From contig JBBRLX010000010.1 of the NCBI GenBank assembly GCA_038231135.1, forward strand, positions 1 through 64,000: 64,000 nt of DNA, written 5' to 3'. Position 1 is the stretch's first letter. The number at the start of each line of letters is the position of its first letter. The notes beneath the pieces were generated by a model. It made no database searches. It was not told the DNA's origin and saw only the letters and a list, made by a program, of their open reading frames with translations. This stretch comes from Candidatus Eiseniibacteriota bacterium. Lineage in GTDB: Bacteria > Eisenbacteria > RBG-16-71-46. The position numbers were made by a program, and so were the translations under genes. Below, piece by piece: positions 38,660-48,343 of the stretch.

Positions 38660-39142
38660 ATGAGCCATAGCCTGTTTCACGGAAGTCTGAAGGCCTCGGT
38701 CGTCGACGTGGTCGATGCCGGCGTCGACCTGCTGCCGCACTTCGAGCTGGCGTGCATCCCGCTGATGGACGCCATCGAGCAGCCTGCCGAATGGCCGCAG
38801 ATCCGCCGCCGGCTGCGCGCCGAGGGCGTGCGCTACAAGACGAATCGCGGCGCGATCCTGCTCGCCGCGGGCGAGCTCGATCACGTGTCGTCGGTGGGAA
38901 TGTTCCAGGGCAACGACGAGATCTACCTGTGCTCCGAATGGAACGACGAGTTCGAACCGTTCCCCGGCCGCATCGGCAGCGAATACGATTTCGCGATCAC
39001 CACCCCGCTCGGGCTCGAGGAATGGATGGTCGATGTCGGCTGCCTGCTTGCGCTCGGCGACGGCGCGGCCCTCAACTACGCGACGCTCGACGCCGAACTC
39101 GAGCGACGGTTGCGCGAGCGGTTCGCGACCGTGAAGGCGTGA
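38660..39142 (+). CDS. Hypothetical protein, 160 aa
   Basis: GC3-biased codons and normal composition; TAGAAT 6 nt upstream of the ATG; GTGA coupling to the next gene. Confidence 0.7.
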   Translation: MSHSLFHGSLKASVVDVVDAGVDLLPHFELACIPLMDAIEQPAEWPQIRRRLRAEGVRYKTNRGAILLAAGELDHVSSVGMFQGNDEIYLCSEWNDEFEPFPGRIGSEYDFAITTPLGLEEWMVDVGCLLALGDGAALNYATLDAELERRLRERFATVKA

Positions 39143-39801
39143 GCGGCCCCGACTCCGGTGCCTCGAGAATCGTTCCGGTCACGATCGCGGGTCCCGCCGG
39201 CGAGCTGGAAGGCCTGGTCAACGAGCACAGCGGTCAAGACGCGCGGCTCGCGGTGCTGGTGTGCCACCCCCATCCGCTCTATGGCGGCACGCTCCACAAC
39301 AAGGTCGTCCATCGAGCGGCGGCGACGTTCCATGAACTGGGCGCCGCCGTGCTGCGGTTCAATTTCCGCGGCGTGGGCAGGAGCGCGGGCACGTTCGACG
39401 ACGGCGAGGGCGAGCTCGAGGACGCCCGCGCCGCATTCTCATGGCTCGAGCGGCGCCACCCTCACGCGCGCACCTGGCTGTGCGGGTTCTCCTTCGGCGC
39501 CTGGGTCGCCGCGCGCCTCGGCGCCGCGGACGCCGCCGTGGAGCGCGTGGTGCTGCTCGCGCCGCCGGTGACGCGCCCGGGGTTCGACGGCCTGCGTACG
39601 GCGCACGTGCCCAAGCTGGCCGTGCAGGGCACCGCCGATACCGTGTGTCCGCCGGCTGACCTCGAACGCGAGTTTCCCACATGGGCCGAGCCCAAACGGC
39701 TCGTGTGGGTGGAGGGCGCGAGCCACTTCTTCGACCGCCAGCTCGGGGACCTGGCCGCCGCGCTCACGACCGAGCTGGCGCCGTTCGCGCCGCCCCGCTA
39801 A
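39139..39801 (+). CDS. Alpha/beta hydrolase
   Basis: CHPHPLYGGTLHNKVV, RFNFRGVG.S.G, GFSFG, G..D, A.HFF. Confidence 0.88.
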   Translation: MSGPDSGASRIVPVTIAGPAGELEGLVNEHSGQDARLAVLVCHPHPLYGGTLHNKVVHRAAATFHELGAAVLRFNFRGVGRSAGTFDDGEGELEDARAAFSWLERRHPHARTWLCGFSFGAWVAARLGAADAAVERVVLLAPPVTRPGFDGLRTAHVPKLAVQGTADTVCPPADLEREFPTWAEPKRLVWVEGASHFFDRQLGDLAAALTTELAPFAPPR

Positions 39802-40724
39802 CCCTCGGCGTGCAGGCCGCCGCCTTCGGCCGGCCGGCCCCGCTCGCTCTCGACGCCGGGCTCGACGTGCACGATCACATCCGTCACCCCCGGCCAGCGC
39901 TCGCGCAGCCGCGCCTCGACACGGTGCCCGATGCGGTGCGCGCGGGCGATCGGCATGCCGGGATCGACGAGGATGTGCAGGTCGAGATGAATGTCGTCGT
40001 CCGGGCCGCGCGATCGCACGTTGTGCGCCTCGAGCACGTTCGGCTCGGCGAGCGCCTCCGCCTCCACGAGCCGGGGGTCGATCCGGCGCTCGTCAGACAG
40101 CGTCGACAGCGTCGACTTGAGGATCGCGAATCCGGCGGGCAGGATCAGCACCACGATCAGCACGGCCGCCACGTGGTCCGCCCACGCCACGCCCATGCGC
40201 GTCGCCGCGAAGCTGATGATCACCAGCACGCTCGCGAACAGGTCGCTGCCGGTGTGCGCGGCATCCGACCGCAGCAGCTCGCTGTCGAGCCGCTTCGCCT
40301 CGCGGCGCTCCAGCGTCATCGTGAACAGATTCACGAGCAGGGTGATGCCCAGCACGATGAACCCCGCGGGCGTCACGTTCGCGAGCTGCGGGTGCCGCCA
40401 GCGATCGAGCGCCACCCCGAGGATGCTGATGCAGCCGAGAAACATCATCGCGACGATGCCGATCGCGGCGAACGTCTCGTACTTGCGGTGCCCGTAGGGG
40501 TGATTGGCGTCGGGGGGGCGCCGCGCCAGGATCACGCCGACCATCGCGATCGCGTTCGAGGACGCGTCGAGCAGTGAATGGAAGCCGTCGGCGGTGATCG
40601 CGATCGCGCCGCTCAGGTGGCCATACACGATCTTCGCGATCGCGACCGCCAGGTTGAGCCCGAGCACGATGCCGAGCACCGTGGCGATGGCATCGCGCCG
40701 CCGGGGAGCGCTGAGCTTCGTCAT
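39798..40724 (-). CDS. Cation diffusion facilitator (FieF-like)
   Basis: ADGFHSLLD, PPDANHPYGH.KYE, SDAAHT.SD, VIVHVEP. Confidence 0.9.
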   Translation of the reverse strand: MTKLSAPRRRDAIATVLGIVLGLNLAVAIAKIVYGHLSGAIAITADGFHSLLDASSNAIAMVGVILARRPPDANHPYGHRKYETFAAIGIVAMMFLGCISILGVALDRWRHPQLANVTPAGFIVLGITLLVNLFTMTLERREAKRLDSELLRSDAAHTGSDLFASVLVIISFAATRMGVAWADHVAAVLIVVLILPAGFAILKSTLSTLSDERRIDPRLVEAEALAEPNVLEAHNVRSRGPDDDIHLDLHILVDPGMPIARAHRIGHRVEARLRERWPGVTDVIVHVEPGVESERGRPAEGGGLHAEG

Positions 40725-40897
40725 GTGAGGATCGACTCTCTCCAGATGGGACTTCGGCAATCGTGCTCCAGATCCTAGCCGATTCCCGCCGCCCGCGAGG
40801 GATCCGAACGTGTAAGCCCTACAGAGCGCACGGCCGTTGCACCGCGGGGACGGCGCGATTGCGCTGCCGCGCAGCATGCCATGGGAGATCCCAGGTG

Positions 40898-40913
40898 CGG
40901 CATGGAACCTGCA
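40898..40913 (+). promoter_or_regulatory. Candidate sigma54 promoter
   Basis: CGGCATGGAACCTGCA has GG-N10-GC spacing, about 80 nt upstream of ATG 40992. Confidence 0.4.
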
Positions 40914-40991
40914 CGGACCATGGCGGGTTATCTCGTCGTGGGTTCCCCGGGGGCGCGCGACGCAGTCCGTTCCAATGTGCAGGAGGATGTC

Positions 40992-42140
40992 ATGGCGCTC
41001 GATCCAGGTTCCGCCGTCGTCGCGAGTGGCAAGCGGCGCAAGCCCGTCCGCTACGCCGTCGTGGGTCTCGGCTACATCGCGCAGGAGGCGGTGATCCCGG
41101 CGTTCGACCGCGCGAAGAATTCGCGGCTCGCGGCGCTGGTCTCGGACGATCCGGTCAAGCTCGCCGAGCTCGGCAACCGCCACCAGATCGCGTACACGTG
41201 GTCCTACGCCGAGTACGACGCCTGCCTGGCGAGCGGCGAGATCGACGCGGTCTACATCGCGCTGCCGAATCACCTGCACCACGAGTACGCGGTGCGCGCG
41301 GCCGAGGCCGGCATCCACGTGCTGTGCGAGAAGCCGATGGCGCTCACGGAGCTCGATTGCGAGAGCATGATCCGCGCGGCCGAAATGGGGAACGCGCGGT
41401 TGATGGTGGGCTACCGGCTGCACTTCCAGCCTGCGAACCTCCAGGCCATCGAGATCATACGGTCGGGGAAGATCGGCAGCCCGCGCATCGTCACCTCGGC
41501 GTTCGCGATGCAGGTGCAGATGAAGGACGGCGACATCCGGTTGCGCCGCGAGACGGGCGGAGGTTCGCTGTGGGACCTCGGCGTCTATTGCGTCAACGCG
41601 TCACGCTACCTGTTCGAGTCCGAGCCCATCGAAGTCACCGCGTTCCGCGCCGACGGCGGCGATCCGCGATTCCGCGAAGTGGACGAAGCGGTGGGCGCCA
41701 CGCTCAAGTTCCCGGGGGGCCGGCTCGCGACCTTCGTGTCGAGCTTTGGCGCATCGGGCGTGTCGCATTACGAAGTCGTCGGCACCCGGGGCTCGCTGCG
41801 CGTCGAGAACGCCTACGACTACGGCAAGCCCGGCCGCCACGTGCTGACGGTCGACGGTCACGAGCAACGGCAGACATTCCGCCGCACCGATCAGTTCGCC
41901 GCCGAGATCCAGTACTTCTCGAACTGCGTCCTGACCGGCGCCACCCCCGAACCGGGCGGGATCGAAGGATTGATCGATGTGAGCATCGTCCGCGCGCTCT
42001 ACCGCTCCGCCGAAACCGGCCGCTCGGTGGTGTACGAGGGCCCGCGTCGCAACCGGCGTCCGGGAGAGGATCAGCAGATCGAGACGGCGGCGCCGGGGCG
42101 CGAGCAGGAGCTGGTGAACACGTCCGCGCCATCGCGGTGA
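40992..42140 (+). CDS. Gfo/Idh/MocA oxidoreductase (glucose-fructose oxidoreductase-like)
   Basis: YAVVGLGYIA, DAVYIALPN.LH, HVLCEKPMA, GGGSLWDLGVY; AGGAGG RBS. Confidence 0.9.
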   Translation: MALDPGSAVVASGKRRKPVRYAVVGLGYIAQEAVIPAFDRAKNSRLAALVSDDPVKLAELGNRHQIAYTWSYAEYDACLASGEIDAVYIALPNHLHHEYAVRAAEAGIHVLCEKPMALTELDCESMIRAAEMGNARLMVGYRLHFQPANLQAIEIIRSGKIGSPRIVTSAFAMQVQMKDGDIRLRRETGGGSLWDLGVYCVNASRYLFESEPIEVTAFRADGGDPRFREVDEAVGATLKFPGGRLATFVSSFGASGVSHYEVVGTRGSLRVENAYDYGKPGRHVLTVDGHEQRQTFRRTDQFAAEIQYFSNCVLTGATPEPGGIEGLIDVSIVRALYRSAETGRSVVYEGPRRNRRPGEDQQIETAAPGREQELVNTSAPSR

Positions 42141-42144
42141 GGCG

Positions 42145-43854
42145 TCAGGGCACGACGAGGCTCCCCACGCTTGTCGGATCGCGGAAGTCGTCGTGAAACC
42201 ACCCGGCGACGCGCGCTCGCGGTGGCAAGCCCAGAGCCGGCGCGTCGCCCGGACCGCGGGCGGGATACAGCCGCTCGAATTGGGCGCGGGTCGACCACAC
42301 CGCGGGCAGCCCGGTCCGCCACGCCACGAAATCCGGCGTGTCCGAGAACACCAGCCGCGGGGGACCGGGCGCGCCGGGCGTTGACGGCAATGCGCGGGCG
42401 AGTTCCACGCGCTCGGCCGCGATCCGCGTCGCCAGCACCTGCGCCTCGTCGGCCGCGCCCTTGAGCGCGGGGAGCGCCGACGGCAGCACGAGCAGCACCA
42501 GCATTCCGATCCACGCCCGCGGACGGTCGGCCCAGGGCGGCAGCGCCCGCACCACGACGCGCGCACCCACCGCGGCGCCAAGCGCATAGAGCGTGGCGAA
42601 CGGCACCAGGTACAGCCGCTGGTGGGAGGTGAGTGTCATCGACGCCACCGGAATGAGCGCGAGGCAGCATGCGGCGGCCGCGAGGCGGCGCGTGGCGTAG
42701 GGGTCCGCGCCGGCGGCGCCCATGCGGCGGGCGTTCCACGCCCCCGCCAGTCCCGCGGGCACCAGCCAGCCGGTGGCGCCGGTCGGCTCGAACAGCGCGT
42801 TCTTCACCGCATGCGGGGCGAACGCAAACCATTTCCCCGCCATGTGCGGCAGCTCCGCGCGCAGGACCGCCGGCCAGCGCGCGGGCGTAAGCGTGAAGTC
42901 CTGCATCACCGACACGTCGGGGCGCGCGCCCCAGAATCCGACCAGCGTGAAGGACGTGAGGTTGAAGAACGGGGATCCGACCACGAGCGCGTGATGGATC
43001 CACCACGGCAGCATGACCAGCGCGACCGCGCCGGCGAGCGCGAGCGGCGCGCGCCAGCCGATGCCGGCGCCGGACGTGCGGGACAGGCCCGCGCCGGATC
43101 CGGATGCGGCCCGGCCGGCGCGCGCCGCGCTCCACGCCAGCGCCATCAGCACGGGCAGCGCCACCAGCATCTCGGGGCGCACCAGGCAGCCCACGCCGGC
43201 CACGAGGCCCGCCGCCGCCGCGCGCGGCCGCGGGCGCGCAAGTAGATCCAGCGTCCAGGTGACGAGTGCCGCGCCCAGGATCACCGAGCCGCTGTGATGC
43301 ACGGCCTCGAGCGTGGTGGGCGCGAGCGTGAACAGCAAACCGGCCGCGGCTCCGACCGGCGGCCCGAAGTGCCGCGCGCCGAGCCGGAACAGCGGGATCA
43401 GCGCCAGCACTGCGGCGAGCGCGGCCGCGGGCGCCACCGACTCGATCGGCCCGGGCCCGAGTAGGGCGAGCGCGGGCACGGTGAGCAGCGGCAGCAGCGG
43501 CCCGTGCACGAGCACCGGCACGGTCAGCGTCGCCGGATCGTGAAGGCCCCAAAGCGGCGGATAGATCAGTGGGCTGCGGAAGCCGCCGCCGGCGAGCAGC
43601 GTGCGGGCGATCAGGTGGTCCTCCCAGTGATCGTCCGCGGGATGCGGCACGCCCGAGCGCAGCACCGCGAGGTCGAGCGTCCACCACAGCGCGGCGAACA
43701 GCAGCAGCGCGAGACACCAGCGCGAGCCGAGCGCCCGCGACTCCGCGACAGACGTCGCGGCGCCCGTGCGCGGCCGCTCGTCGGGCGGCGCCGCTTCACC
43801 CGGCCGGCGCGTGCCGGGGCTCGCCGCGCCGGGCGCGGTGTCCGATTCGAACAT
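42145..43854 (-). CDS. Polytopic membrane protein, putative GT-C glycosyltransferase (ArnT/PMT-like)
   Basis: Acidic loop after TM1 (ADDHWED), P.L.P motif, multiple TMs, L.RPE, C-terminal soluble domain. Confidence 0.6.
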   Translation of the reverse strand: MFESDTAPGAASPGTRRPGEAAPPDERPRTGAATSVAESRALGSRWCLALLLFAALWWTLDLAVLRSGVPHPADDHWEDHLIARTLLAGGGFRSPLIYPPLWGLHDPATLTVPVLVHGPLLPLLTVPALALLGPGPIESVAPAAALAAVLALIPLFRLGARHFGPPVGAAAGLLFTLAPTTLEAVHHSGSVILGAALVTWTLDLLARPRPRAAAAGLVAGVGCLVRPEMLVALPVLMALAWSAARAGRAASGSGAGLSRTSGAGIGWRAPLALAGAVALVMLPWWIHHALVVGSPFFNLTSFTLVGFWGARPDVSVMQDFTLTPARWPAVLRAELPHMAGKWFAFAPHAVKNALFEPTGATGWLVPAGLAGAWNARRMGAAGADPYATRRLAAAACCLALIPVASMTLTSHQRLYLVPFATLYALGAAVGARVVVRALPPWADRPRAWIGMLVLLVLPSALPALKGAADEAQVLATRIAAERVELARALPSTPGAPGPPRLVFSDTPDFVAWRTGLPAVWSTRAQFERLYPARGPGDAPALGLPPRARVAGWFHDDFRDPTSVGSLVVP

Positions 43855-43952
43855 GGGGCGGGACTGTTCCAGACGACCCCGGTCGTGTCAACGCCGGGGA
43901 CGCCTCGCGGCGCCGTGCTATAGTCCCGCGTCCTCATGACGAGCGCACACCC

Positions 43953-45218
43953 GTGAATCTCGATTGGCGCCGACTCAAGGCGGTGGTGTTCGAGAGCGAT
44001 GACTGGGGACTGTGCGCCTGGTCCGCCGACGAGCAGGCGCTGCGCGTGCTGTCCGACACGCCTGCCTTCCGCAGTCCCGCGGGCCGGCGCTACGCCGGAT
44101 CCACGCTCGAGAGCGCGGCCGACGTGCGCGCGCTGGCGGCCACGATCGGCGAATTCCGCGGCAGCGACGGCTTCCCGCCGGTGTGGCAGGCGAACATGAT
44201 CGTGGCGGCCCCGGACTACGAGCACCTGCGCGCGCCGATGTTCGACTGCCCGTCGGTGCCGCTGCTCGACTATCCGAACGTCCCGTCACGCTGGCGCCGG
44301 CCGGGCGCCTGGGAGGCGGTGAGCGAAGCGTGCGCGGACGGCATATGGTGGCCCGAGTTGCACGGGCTGCATCACCTCCCCGAGACCGCGTGGCTGACGG
44401 CGCTGCGGCGCGGCATCGCCGACGCGCGCCGCGCCCACGAGCAGCAGAGCCCGGTGTGCGAGCCGGTGGAGGCCAGCGGCGAATACGATGCGTCCGAGCC
44501 GGCCGCGGACCGTACCCGGCGCATGGAGTTCGCGGTGGCGCGGTTCACGACGCTGGTCGGGCGCTCCCCGTCGTCGTGGTGCCCGCCCGACTACCGCTGG
44601 GACGACCGCGCCGAGGCCGACGCCACGCGCCTCGGCATGCGAATTCTACAGGGGCGCGGCGAACACCACGGCCAGCGCTTCCCGCGGTTCCGGCGGCTGC
44701 TGCTGCGCCAGCGCTGGCCGGGCGACTGGACCGCGCGGCTCGACATGCCGCCGCGCATCGCGTTCGAGCCGCGCACGCCCGACGGCGGTGCCAGGAGCGC
44801 GCACGCGGAGACGACCCAGCGGGCCGCGCGCGACGCCTGGCAGCGCGGCCAGCCCGCCGTCGTGAGCACGCACCGCGTGAACTACGCCCATCTCGATCCC
44901 GCGTGGTCCGAGGCGGGCCGCGCCCAGCTCCGCGAACTGCTGCACCGGCTCGCCGGCGACGGCGCGGTGTTCCTCACCGACCGCGAGGTGCAGCAGTTGC
45001 TCGAGCGCAGCTGGTCGCTGCGCGAGATCGGAGCGCGCGCTGTGCTGGTGCGCTACTACGGGGTGCCGCGCGAGCCGATCCGGTTCGCGGCGCCCGCGAC
45101 GGCGACGCGGGTGTCGATCCGCGAGGGCCGCGGCCCGGAGGACGTCAGCGTGGTGCTCGAAGCCGGCGAAGTGACGGCACGGCTCCACGTCGGCGAATAT
45201 CTGCTGGAATGGCAGTGA
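43953..45218 (+). CDS. Polysaccharide deacetylase-like (CE4/GH57-type barrel) protein
   Basis: FESDDWG, ELHGLHH, WCPPDY.W and STHRVNY metal/catalytic-like motifs. Confidence 0.6.
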   Translation: MNLDWRRLKAVVFESDDWGLCAWSADEQALRVLSDTPAFRSPAGRRYAGSTLESAADVRALAATIGEFRGSDGFPPVWQANMIVAAPDYEHLRAPMFDCPSVPLLDYPNVPSRWRRPGAWEAVSEACADGIWWPELHGLHHLPETAWLTALRRGIADARRAHEQQSPVCEPVEASGEYDASEPAADRTRRMEFAVARFTTLVGRSPSSWCPPDYRWDDRAEADATRLGMRILQGRGEHHGQRFPRFRRLLLRQRWPGDWTARLDMPPRIAFEPRTPDGGARSAHAETTQRAARDAWQRGQPAVVSTHRVNYAHLDPAWSEAGRAQLRELLHRLAGDGAVFLTDREVQQLLERSWSLREIGARAVLVRYYGVPREPIRFAAPATATRVSIREGRGPEDVSVVLEAGEVTARLHVGEYLLEWQ

Positions 45219-45952
45219 CGGCGGTGGGACCGCTCGATCGCATCCGCGCCGTCCGCGCGACGCGGTGGTCGTTCTGGAAGTTCAACTGGATCATCTATTC
45301 CAAGATGATCGCGGCGCTCGAGCGCGCCAGCGTGCACGCCACGGGCCGCCTGCTCGATGTCGGCTGCGGCGACCGGCCGTTCGAGGACCTGTTCGCGGAG
45401 CGCGTCACGAGCTACTTGGGCACCGATCTGCGCGCCTCGGGCTACCTCGGCGCGCGGCGTCCCGACGTGTTCTCGCGCTCGGAGGCGCTGCCGTTCCGGG
45501 CCGGCGCGTTCGACACCGTGCTCGGGCTGTCGATGCTCACCTACCTCCCCGAGCCCGGCGCGATGCTCGCCGAGGCGAACCGCGTGCTGGTGCCGGGTGG
45601 CGCGCTGCTGCTCGAGTTCACGCAGATGGTGCCGCTCCACGACGAACCGTGGGACTTCTTCCGGTTCACGCGCTATGGCGCGCGCTACCTGCTCGAGCGC
45701 GCGGGGTTCGAGGTGGTCGAGGTGCTGCCGGTCGGCGGACTGTGGACGCGAGTGGGAATGAGCACGATCGCGGGGCTCAACCGCATGAACCGCGGGCCCA
45801 CGCGGGTGCTCACCGAGCTGCCGGTGCGGCTGCTCTACTGCGTGGTGCAGCTCGGCTGCGAGCTGCTCGACCGGCTGTGGTTCGACCCGCGCGAGGTGGT
45901 CGGGCACCTGGTGGTGGCCCGCAAGGCGCGGGCGCTGCCGGACGCGGAGTGA
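45215..45952 (+). CDS. Class I SAM-dependent methyltransferase
   Basis: LLDVGCG..P, LPF....FD.V, RVL.PGG, H.EP.DFFRFT.YG; GTGA coupling on both sides. Confidence 0.85.
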   Translation: MTAVGPLDRIRAVRATRWSFWKFNWIIYSKMIAALERASVHATGRLLDVGCGDRPFEDLFAERVTSYLGTDLRASGYLGARRPDVFSRSEALPFRAGAFDTVLGLSMLTYLPEPGAMLAEANRVLVPGGALLLEFTQMVPLHDEPWDFFRFTRYGARYLLERAGFEVVEVLPVGGLWTRVGMSTIAGLNRMNRGPTRVLTELPVRLLYCVVQLGCELLDRLWFDPREVVGHLVVARKARALPDAE

Positions 45953-47736
45953 CGGCCGACCGCATGCGAGCGAGCGTGTTCGTCGTGCCTGCCTACCTGC
46001 TCGCGACGCTCGCGATCACCTGGCCTGTGGCGCGCGAGTTCGCGACCGCGCTGCCCGCGGTGTTCAACGCGGTCGACCCGTTGCTCCAGGCGTTCATCCT
46101 GGGCTGGGACCGTCACGCGTTCGCGACCGGCATCCTGCATATCTTCGACGCGCCGATCTTCCATCCCGAGTTGGGGACGCTCGCGTACATGGATCATCTG
46201 ATGGGGGAGGCGCTGGTGTCGGCGCCGGTGGCCGCCGTCACCGGCAGCGCCGCGGCGGCGTACAACGCAGCGCTGCTGGCGGCGTTCGTGACGAGCGGCT
46301 GGGCCAGTTACCGGCTCGCGCGCGCGCTGGGCGCGTCGCGCGCCGCCGCGTTCGTGGCCGGGCTGCTGTACCTCGTGGCGCCCTACCGGTTGTCCAATCT
46401 CGGCAACCTGAACCAGCTCCACACCGAATTCGTGCCGGTCACGCTGCTGTTCGCGCTGCGGTTCGCGGCGCGCGGCCGCACCCGCGACCTGGCGTGGCTG
46501 TTCGGCGCGCTGGTGCTGCAGTCCTACTTTGGATGGTATTCGGCGTTCCACGTCGCGGTGGCGCTCGCGATCACGCTCGCGTGCGCGCGCGTGTTCCGCT
46601 GGCCCGCGGCGGATCCGCTGCCGTGGCGAAGGATCGCGGTGGGCAGCGCGCTCGCACTGGTGGCCATGCTGCCGGGTGCGCTGCCCTACTGGCTGCAGCA
46701 CGTGCGCATGCCGGGGTTCCATCGCACGCTCGGCAAGGCGGTGCTGTATTCGGCCGACCTCGTGGACTACGTGCGCGTGAACCGCGAGAACGTGCTGGCG
46801 CGGACGCTCCACCTGCCGCGCGGCGATCTGGCGTGCGCGCTGGGCCTGCCGGCGCTCGCGCTCGTGGTCGCGCAGCTGTGGCCGCGCCGTGAGCCGCCGG
46901 AGCGCGAACCGCTCGGACTGCGGCGCTTTTGGACGTGGCTGGCGTGGATCGCCGCGGCGGGATTCGTGCTGTCGCTGGGCCCGATCCTCAACGTCGCCGG
47001 CCACCACCTGCGGTTTCCGCTGCCGTACGCGGTGCTGTATTTCACGGTGCCCGGATTCTCCGGCATGCGGGCGCCGGAGCGATTCACCGAGCTGGTGCTG
47101 CTCGCGGCGGTGATCGCGGCGGCGTTCGGCTATGACCGGCTGCGGGCAGGACTGGCGGGGACTGCGCGGGGCGCCGCGCGGGCCGCGCTGTTCGCCGGCA
47201 CGATCGCGCTGGCGATCGCCGGCGCCTGGTCCGCGCCGATCCCGATGGTGGTCTATCCCACCCGCGCGTCGATGCCCGCCGCGTACGAGTTCCTCGCCCG
47301 CCAGCCGGGCCGGTTCGCGATCCTCGAACTGCCGATGCCGGCGCGCGAAGCCGACGAAACCGACCGCGACGTGGTGCGCCAGATCTGGGGGCTCTATCAC
47401 GGCAAGCCGCGCGCCGACGGCGTGAGCGGGTTCTCGTCGCCCGCCCAGGAGAGCTTTCGTGCGCTGATGCGCAGCTTCCCCGATCCCATCACGGTGAGCG
47501 CGATCGTCGAGCGCGACGTTCGCTATGTGGTCGTGCGTTACGGCGAATACGAGCCCCAGGAGGCCGCGCGCATCCGCTACGAGATCGCCGGCGCCCGCGA
47601 ACTCACGCCGGTGTTCACGGCCGGCTCGGACGTGGTCTACCAGGTCACGAAGTCGGACCTGCAGGCGATCAACGGTATTCCTCACCGGGCCCGCGGCCGG
47701 GTGCGGGAGGCACGGTCGCAAGGTCCGGGTCCCTAG
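45949..47736 (+). CDS. Polytopic membrane protein, YfhO/GT-C-like
   Basis: TWP, DP.L....L.W, APIF.P....LAY.D, SAD..DY, VPGF..MRAP.RF, LELP, G.SGF; many TMs. Confidence 0.62.
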   Translation: MTADRMRASVFVVPAYLLATLAITWPVAREFATALPAVFNAVDPLLQAFILGWDRHAFATGILHIFDAPIFHPELGTLAYMDHLMGEALVSAPVAAVTGSAAAAYNAALLAAFVTSGWASYRLARALGASRAAAFVAGLLYLVAPYRLSNLGNLNQLHTEFVPVTLLFALRFAARGRTRDLAWLFGALVLQSYFGWYSAFHVAVALAITLACARVFRWPAADPLPWRRIAVGSALALVAMLPGALPYWLQHVRMPGFHRTLGKAVLYSADLVDYVRVNRENVLARTLHLPRGDLACALGLPALALVVAQLWPRREPPEREPLGLRRFWTWLAWIAAAGFVLSLGPILNVAGHHLRFPLPYAVLYFTVPGFSGMRAPERFTELVLLAAVIAAAFGYDRLRAGLAGTARGAARAALFAGTIALAIAGAWSAPIPMVVYPTRASMPAAYEFLARQPGRFAILELPMPAREADETDRDVVRQIWGLYHGKPRADGVSGFSSPAQESFRALMRSFPDPITVSAIVERDVRYVVVRYGEYEPQEAARIRYEIAGARELTPVFTAGSDVVYQVTKSDLQAINGIPHRARGRVREARSQGPGP

Positions 47737-47779
47737 CCGGGCTCCGGAGAGCGTGGAACGCCCCCGCGATCGCGGCAGG

Positions 47780-48175
47780 CTATGATTTGGGTCCCGGCGT
47801 CGGTTTGTCCTCGAACGTGTAGACGACCCCGCCGTCGCCGTCGATCCGGAGCTCGTGGTGCTGGACGACCGGGCCCTTCGTCACCCGCCCGCCGCTCCAA
47901 CTCGCCTCGCCGATCTTGTCGCTCCATTCCCAAACCAGCCGGAAGTCGCTGTCGTCGCGCACCGCGAATGGCCATGTCGTGCTGGCGCCGGGCGCGAGCG
48001 AATCCTTGACGAACGTCTGTCCGCCCACCGTGACCCGCAGCTTCGTGATGCCCGAGGTCGAGGTGTTCGTGACCTGCACGTCGTGCATGGGGACGTGAGT
48101 GAACAACTCAGGCCAGTGATGCCACGCGTACCACGCTGCGACCCCGAACAGCACGAGCAACACGAGACGTTTCAT
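47780..48175 (-). CDS. Hypothetical membrane-anchored beta-rich protein
   Basis: GGAGG RBS; N-terminal TM followed by a beta-strand-rich domain. Confidence 0.65.
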   Translation of the reverse strand: MKRLVLLVLFGVAAWYAWHHWPELFTHVPMHDVQVTNTSTSGITKLRVTVGGQTFVKDSLAPGASTTWPFAVRDDSDFRLVWEWSDKIGEASWSGGRVTKGPVVQHHELRIDGDGGVVYTFEDKPTPGPKS

Positions 48176-48343
48176 CGCTCCCTCCATGGAATCGGTGAGG
48201 CGGCGGGCACAGGATGCGCCGCATCGAGGACGCATACAAGGCCGAACGCGGGTGTGCGCGCCGCGTGCCGCCGCCACGCCGGACTGCCGGCGTCCGGACC
48301 GTTCGCTTCCTGGTCCCGCCCGGCGCCGGCGCCCGGCGGGCCG

